From Podarcis cretensis (Eukaryota): a stretch of 64,000 bases of DNA. The translations under genes were made by a program, and so were the position numbers. How positions within the stretch are numbered: position 1 is the first letter of the stretch; every line of letters starts with the position of its first letter. The notes under the pieces were generated by a model. The model was given only the letters and a program-made list of their open reading frames with translations, was not told the DNA's origin and did not search any database. The stretch is from the NCBI GenBank assembly GCA_951804945.1, contig OX638153.1:84754001-84818000 (forward strand), written 5' to 3'. Positions 60,411-64,000 of the stretch are shown here, one piece after another.

Positions 60411-61948
60411 TACAAGATGTACAGATCATAACATCCATCCATTCATATATCTCACTGGAGCCTAGAGATCAGTTTCCCAATGGGAAACATGCTGTGGGTT
60501 TTAGTCAACAGCAGATTTGTAAAAATACATGCAAGTTGCCCATTTATTTAAACATTGCTTAGAATCTTGTTTTTCAGTGGGGAACATGATGTGGCCCTTT
60601 GAGAAGGATACAAACAAACTAGAATCAGTGCAGAGGAGGACAACCAAGATGGGCAGCAATGTGGAAAACAAATGATATAGAAATTGGCTGCAAATGATAT
60701 GCAATCCTTATCTAAAACAAAACAGGGTATTTATTTATTTTTTGGCGGGGAGAACTAAGAAATGTAAATACTGTCTAAGTAACCAAGACTAAGACACAGA
60801 CAAGAAAGTTTCTGTTGTTGTTTGCTTGTATAAGGATGTGACTGAGATTGACTGGGAAATGATGGAAACTGAACAGGTATGAGGCTGGGTAAGATACTGT
60901 GAAGGAAACAAAACACAAGCTGAGCAAATGCCACCAAAGCCTTTCTGAGAGACAGTGTAAACTTGTTGCATTTTAAGGCTTCGCCATCCCTTCCTTCAAG
61001 CACTGTGATTGGAGAGCATTGGGTGAGATTCTAAGCCTGGATTGGAAACTAGAGCTCTCAATGAGCAAAGTTCAGGTCCCCTTGTCCCCCTCTCCTAACA
61101 AAGTGATTTAATTAATAATTGAAACATTTTGGAGACAGTCTTTCTGGCTTCACAGAGATCATTTTTTTAGTTCCAGATCAGTACACATTGTCCCAGAGCA
61201 ATTCAGGTCCATTCAACCCAATCTGTAACAATCTGTAGCTACCTTGACCTGATCTAGATATGGCACAAATTGCCCCAGTTTGGTTTAGGATTTGGATAGA
61301 TCTGTTTTCATCAATACAGACAGTTTCTCTGTTAGGTCCAACTACCCCCACCCCCCATTTATATTTACAATGTAACATTTTAGTCAACCTGGAATCTAGA
61401 GCAAGGGCCCTCTGATTTTTGCCAAGAAAGTTTAATTATTTTGCTTAGGTTGTGTTCCTGAACAAACTTTGATCTGAATTAAATGTGATTTGCAAACATT
61501 GACCCTCTCTATGAAATAATTTAGAGGCATTGTGTGGTTATTGCATCATTTTTCGCAAGGTACTTAAAAGAAGAAAATGACCTCTCCAGATAGATGGCCA
61601 GGACATATTTATATATAGAAATGAATAAGTGATCTGTGGTCTATGATACTCAAGTGCTCTAATAACACTGATATATGATGGAACCATTCTAGCCATGGCA
61701 ATTAATCTCTTCTAAAGCGGCACACCTGATGATAAAGAAGCTTGCTTGAGATCTGCCTTAAAATCTACAAGTCTTAAGAGCAAAAAAATAAATTTTATCA
61801 GCTAAAAGGCTGGAGACATGACACGCATGCAGGTTTGAGAAGAAAAAGGGAGGAATGGCTATGTTGTGTGATTTATAGTATCTGCCTGAAAAGTAAGCAT
61901 GCTTCCTAACAGATGTAAGGCATTTTTTATATATATATTTTTGTAATA

Positions 61949-62209
61949 CAGTGGAACCTTGGGTTGCAGACGTAATCTGTGACTGAGGCACATCCGCAAC
62001 CCCCAGCATTCATAACCTGCAGCGCTGCGTCTGCGCATGCGTGTGACACGATTTGGAACTTCTGCGCATGCACAAAGCACGATTTAGTGCTTCTGTGCAT
62101 GTGCAAGCGGCAGAACCCGGAAGTAACCCTTTCTGGTACTTCTGGGTTTCCTGCACTCCGCAACCTGAAAACGTGTAACCCAAAGCATCTGTAACCCAAG
62201 GCACCACTG
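61949..62209. mobile_element. Tc1/mariner MITE
   Basis: TA|CAGTGGAACCTTGGGTTGCAGA...TCTGTAACCCAAGGCACCACTG|TA. Confidence 0.85.
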
Positions 62210-62307
62210 TAGATCTAATTGATTTAGTGTATTGGGTTATAGCTATCTATTATTTACTAATTTCATTTGTATTCCACCTTTTACCCAAAGGAATCCAGGG
62301 TAGGAAA

Positions 62308-62464
62308 CAGTGGCGTAGCGTGGGTTGTCAGCACCCGGGGCAAGGCAAGTAATTTGCGCCCCCTAACCCGTGGATTTGCGCCCCCTAACCTGTGGATTTG
62401 CCCTAACCCCAGAAGTTGCGCCCGGTGCGGCCGGCCCCCCTGCACCCCCCACGCTACGCCACTG
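62308..62464 (+). mobile_element. hAT MITE with CCCTAA motifs
   Basis: Perfect 17-bp TIR CAGTGGCGTAGCGTGGG; perfect 8-bp TSD gtaggaaa. Confidence 0.92.
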
Positions 62465-62577
62465 GTAGGAAACACTTTAGGACGTGGTTCAGAGGAAGGG
62501 TATGCCTCAAAATCATCCACTTTGAAAGGGGGAGCAGGGTTGCCCCCGAACTTCTGGCAGAGAGTCTCAGTGGTCAC

Positions 62578-62736
62578 CAGTGGCGTAGCGTGGGGGGTGC
62601 AGGGGGGGCCGGCCGCACCAGGCACAACATCTGGGGGTTAGGGTTAGGGGTAGGGTTAGGGGGCGCAAATCCACGGGTTAGCGGGCGCAAATTACTTGCC
62701 TTGCCCTGGGTGCTGACAACCCACGCTACGCCACTG
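62578..62736 (-). mobile_element. hAT MITE (same family, inverted) with (TTAGGG)n tract
   Basis: Same 17-bp TIR; TSD gtggtcac/gtagtcac; GGGGGTTAGGGTTAGGGGTAGGGTTAGGGGG at 62633-62663. Confidence 0.92.
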
Positions 62737-62811
62737 GTAGTCACTGGGGAAGGGCTATATGAAATGTTGAACTTGTCCCCTTAGTTCTTAGTAAATCTGG
62801 TGCACAGCAAG

Positions 62812-63160
62812 ATGGTAAAGGTAAAAAGGTTAAGGTAAAGGACCCCTGGACAGTTAAGTCCAGTCAAAGGAGCCAGCGTTTGTCCACAGACAGCTTTCTG
62901 GGTCATGTGGCCAGCATGACTAAACCGCTTCTGGTGCAGCAAGACACTGTGACAGAAACCAGGGCACACGGAAACACCATTTACCTTCCTGCCGCAGCAG
63001 CACCTATTTATCTACTTGCACTGGTGTGCTTTCGAACTGCTAGGTTTCCAGGAGCTGGGAAAGAGCAACAGGAGCTCACCCCTTTGTGGGGATTCAAACT
63101 GCCTGCCTTCTGATCAGCAAGCCCAAGAGGCTCAGTGGTTTAGACCACAGCGCCACCCGC
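62812..63160 (-). mobile_element. Sauria SINE, older copy
   Basis: (GGTAAA)n tail at left; head ...accacagcgccacccg at right. Confidence 0.88.
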
Positions 63161-63670
63161 AAAATGATACAAGTAGCATGGCAATAGATGACATGCACAT
63201 CAAAAGGACCAAGTTGGTTCTCAATCCCCCCCCCAAAAAAAAAACCAAACCCCAAACACCCCACTATCACATTGGATCCTGCAAAAGGTTTGAATAATGA
63301 AGGAGCATGCTGAAATTAAATAAGCCTGGTGGCTTTTATTTATTTTGATGTTTATTGTACATATATTTCAAGTCTCAATATGAGTTGTGTCCCTCCCTCC
63401 TCCTTCTTTTTAACTATAAAAAGGAAGTAAAACAACAGTTTATTGTGGCAATGCTTCATACTGCCCTACTTCCGTAAATTGTCTCGAAGCTCTAGGGTAA
63501 ATACAAGAACATTCATGTTTTTAAATTGGATACAAAGGCGCTTTCTCTGCTGCCGCATAAATTGCTACATGGAGGCTATCAGATATGTCTGAATATATTG
63601 CTGTTCAGCAAATTGCAAACCATGTTGAGCTTTGCTTTAGCTTTGGTAGACACCCTCGGTGCTTTTGTTA

Positions 63671-63733
63671 TTTATCTGTCTATCATCTATCTATATCTAT
63701 CATCTATCTATATCTAACTATATCTATCTATCT
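63671..63733. repeat. Imperfect (TATC)n microsatellite
   Basis: Read directly from sequence. Confidence 0.85.
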
Positions 63734-64000
63734 AAACAATGTGCTGGGTTCTACGGCGTATCAGTGCAAGAGTTCCCTGCTGCCAGCTATGAGGTCCTTG
63801 CTTGAAAGCATCAAGGCAATGAAGCAGAAGACATGGGTGCCACAAAGGGATTGCCTGCCATGTTCTCTCACTTGGCGGTCATTCTTTGCTCAGCACTCCA
63901 GGAAGGGGAAGATGTTGCAGGAGAGGCAGGGGTGGGCAATTCTGTCAGTTTCAATTTCTCAGTTTTCCAATCTTAAGTTCTGTTCTCCACATTTTGACAT

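Noticed and set aside
62308-62736. Single large foldback element, or a telomere-telomere fusion scar
   Set aside because: Each arm has its own TIR pair and TSD, so these are two insertions. The repeats are short, internal to the MITEs, and oriented CCCTAA...TTAGGG rather than the TTAGGG...CCCTAA of a fusion.

Overview
Vertebrate genomic DNA, almost certainly a squamate lizard. Sauria/Squam SINEs, BovB, CR1, L2, L1 and many MITEs are present; a lacertid (Podarcis-like) origin is my inference. The only protein-coding gene supported is butyrylcholinesterase (BCHE) on the minus strand. It shows a 5' exon 1 (about 38700-38845), a 5.4-kb intron 1, and the large exon 2 (33258-31746) encoding the signal peptide plus mature residues 1-478 with an intact S198/E325/H438 triad. 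Positions 1-31745 appear to be intron 2; I could not find exons 3-4, which probably lie left of the window. The rest is transposon-dense, with many insertions retaining exact target-site duplications (TSDs). Most notable: (i) an upstream ATG in exon 1 opens MSAQSNLQA..., matching my recollection of the human upstream in-frame extension (MSVQSNLQA...), but here it is a closed 19-aa uORF; (ii) substitutions around the BChE nucleophile elbow and acyl loop; (iii) an inverted pair of hAT MITEs carrying TTAGGG telomeric repeats; (iv) two SINEs inserted at the same target site; (v) an L1 nested in an L1, plus a tRNA-Ile/CR1 composite SINE. No CRISPR, rRNA or genuine tRNA genes were seen. Family names and human comparisons come from memory of consensus sequences, not database searches.
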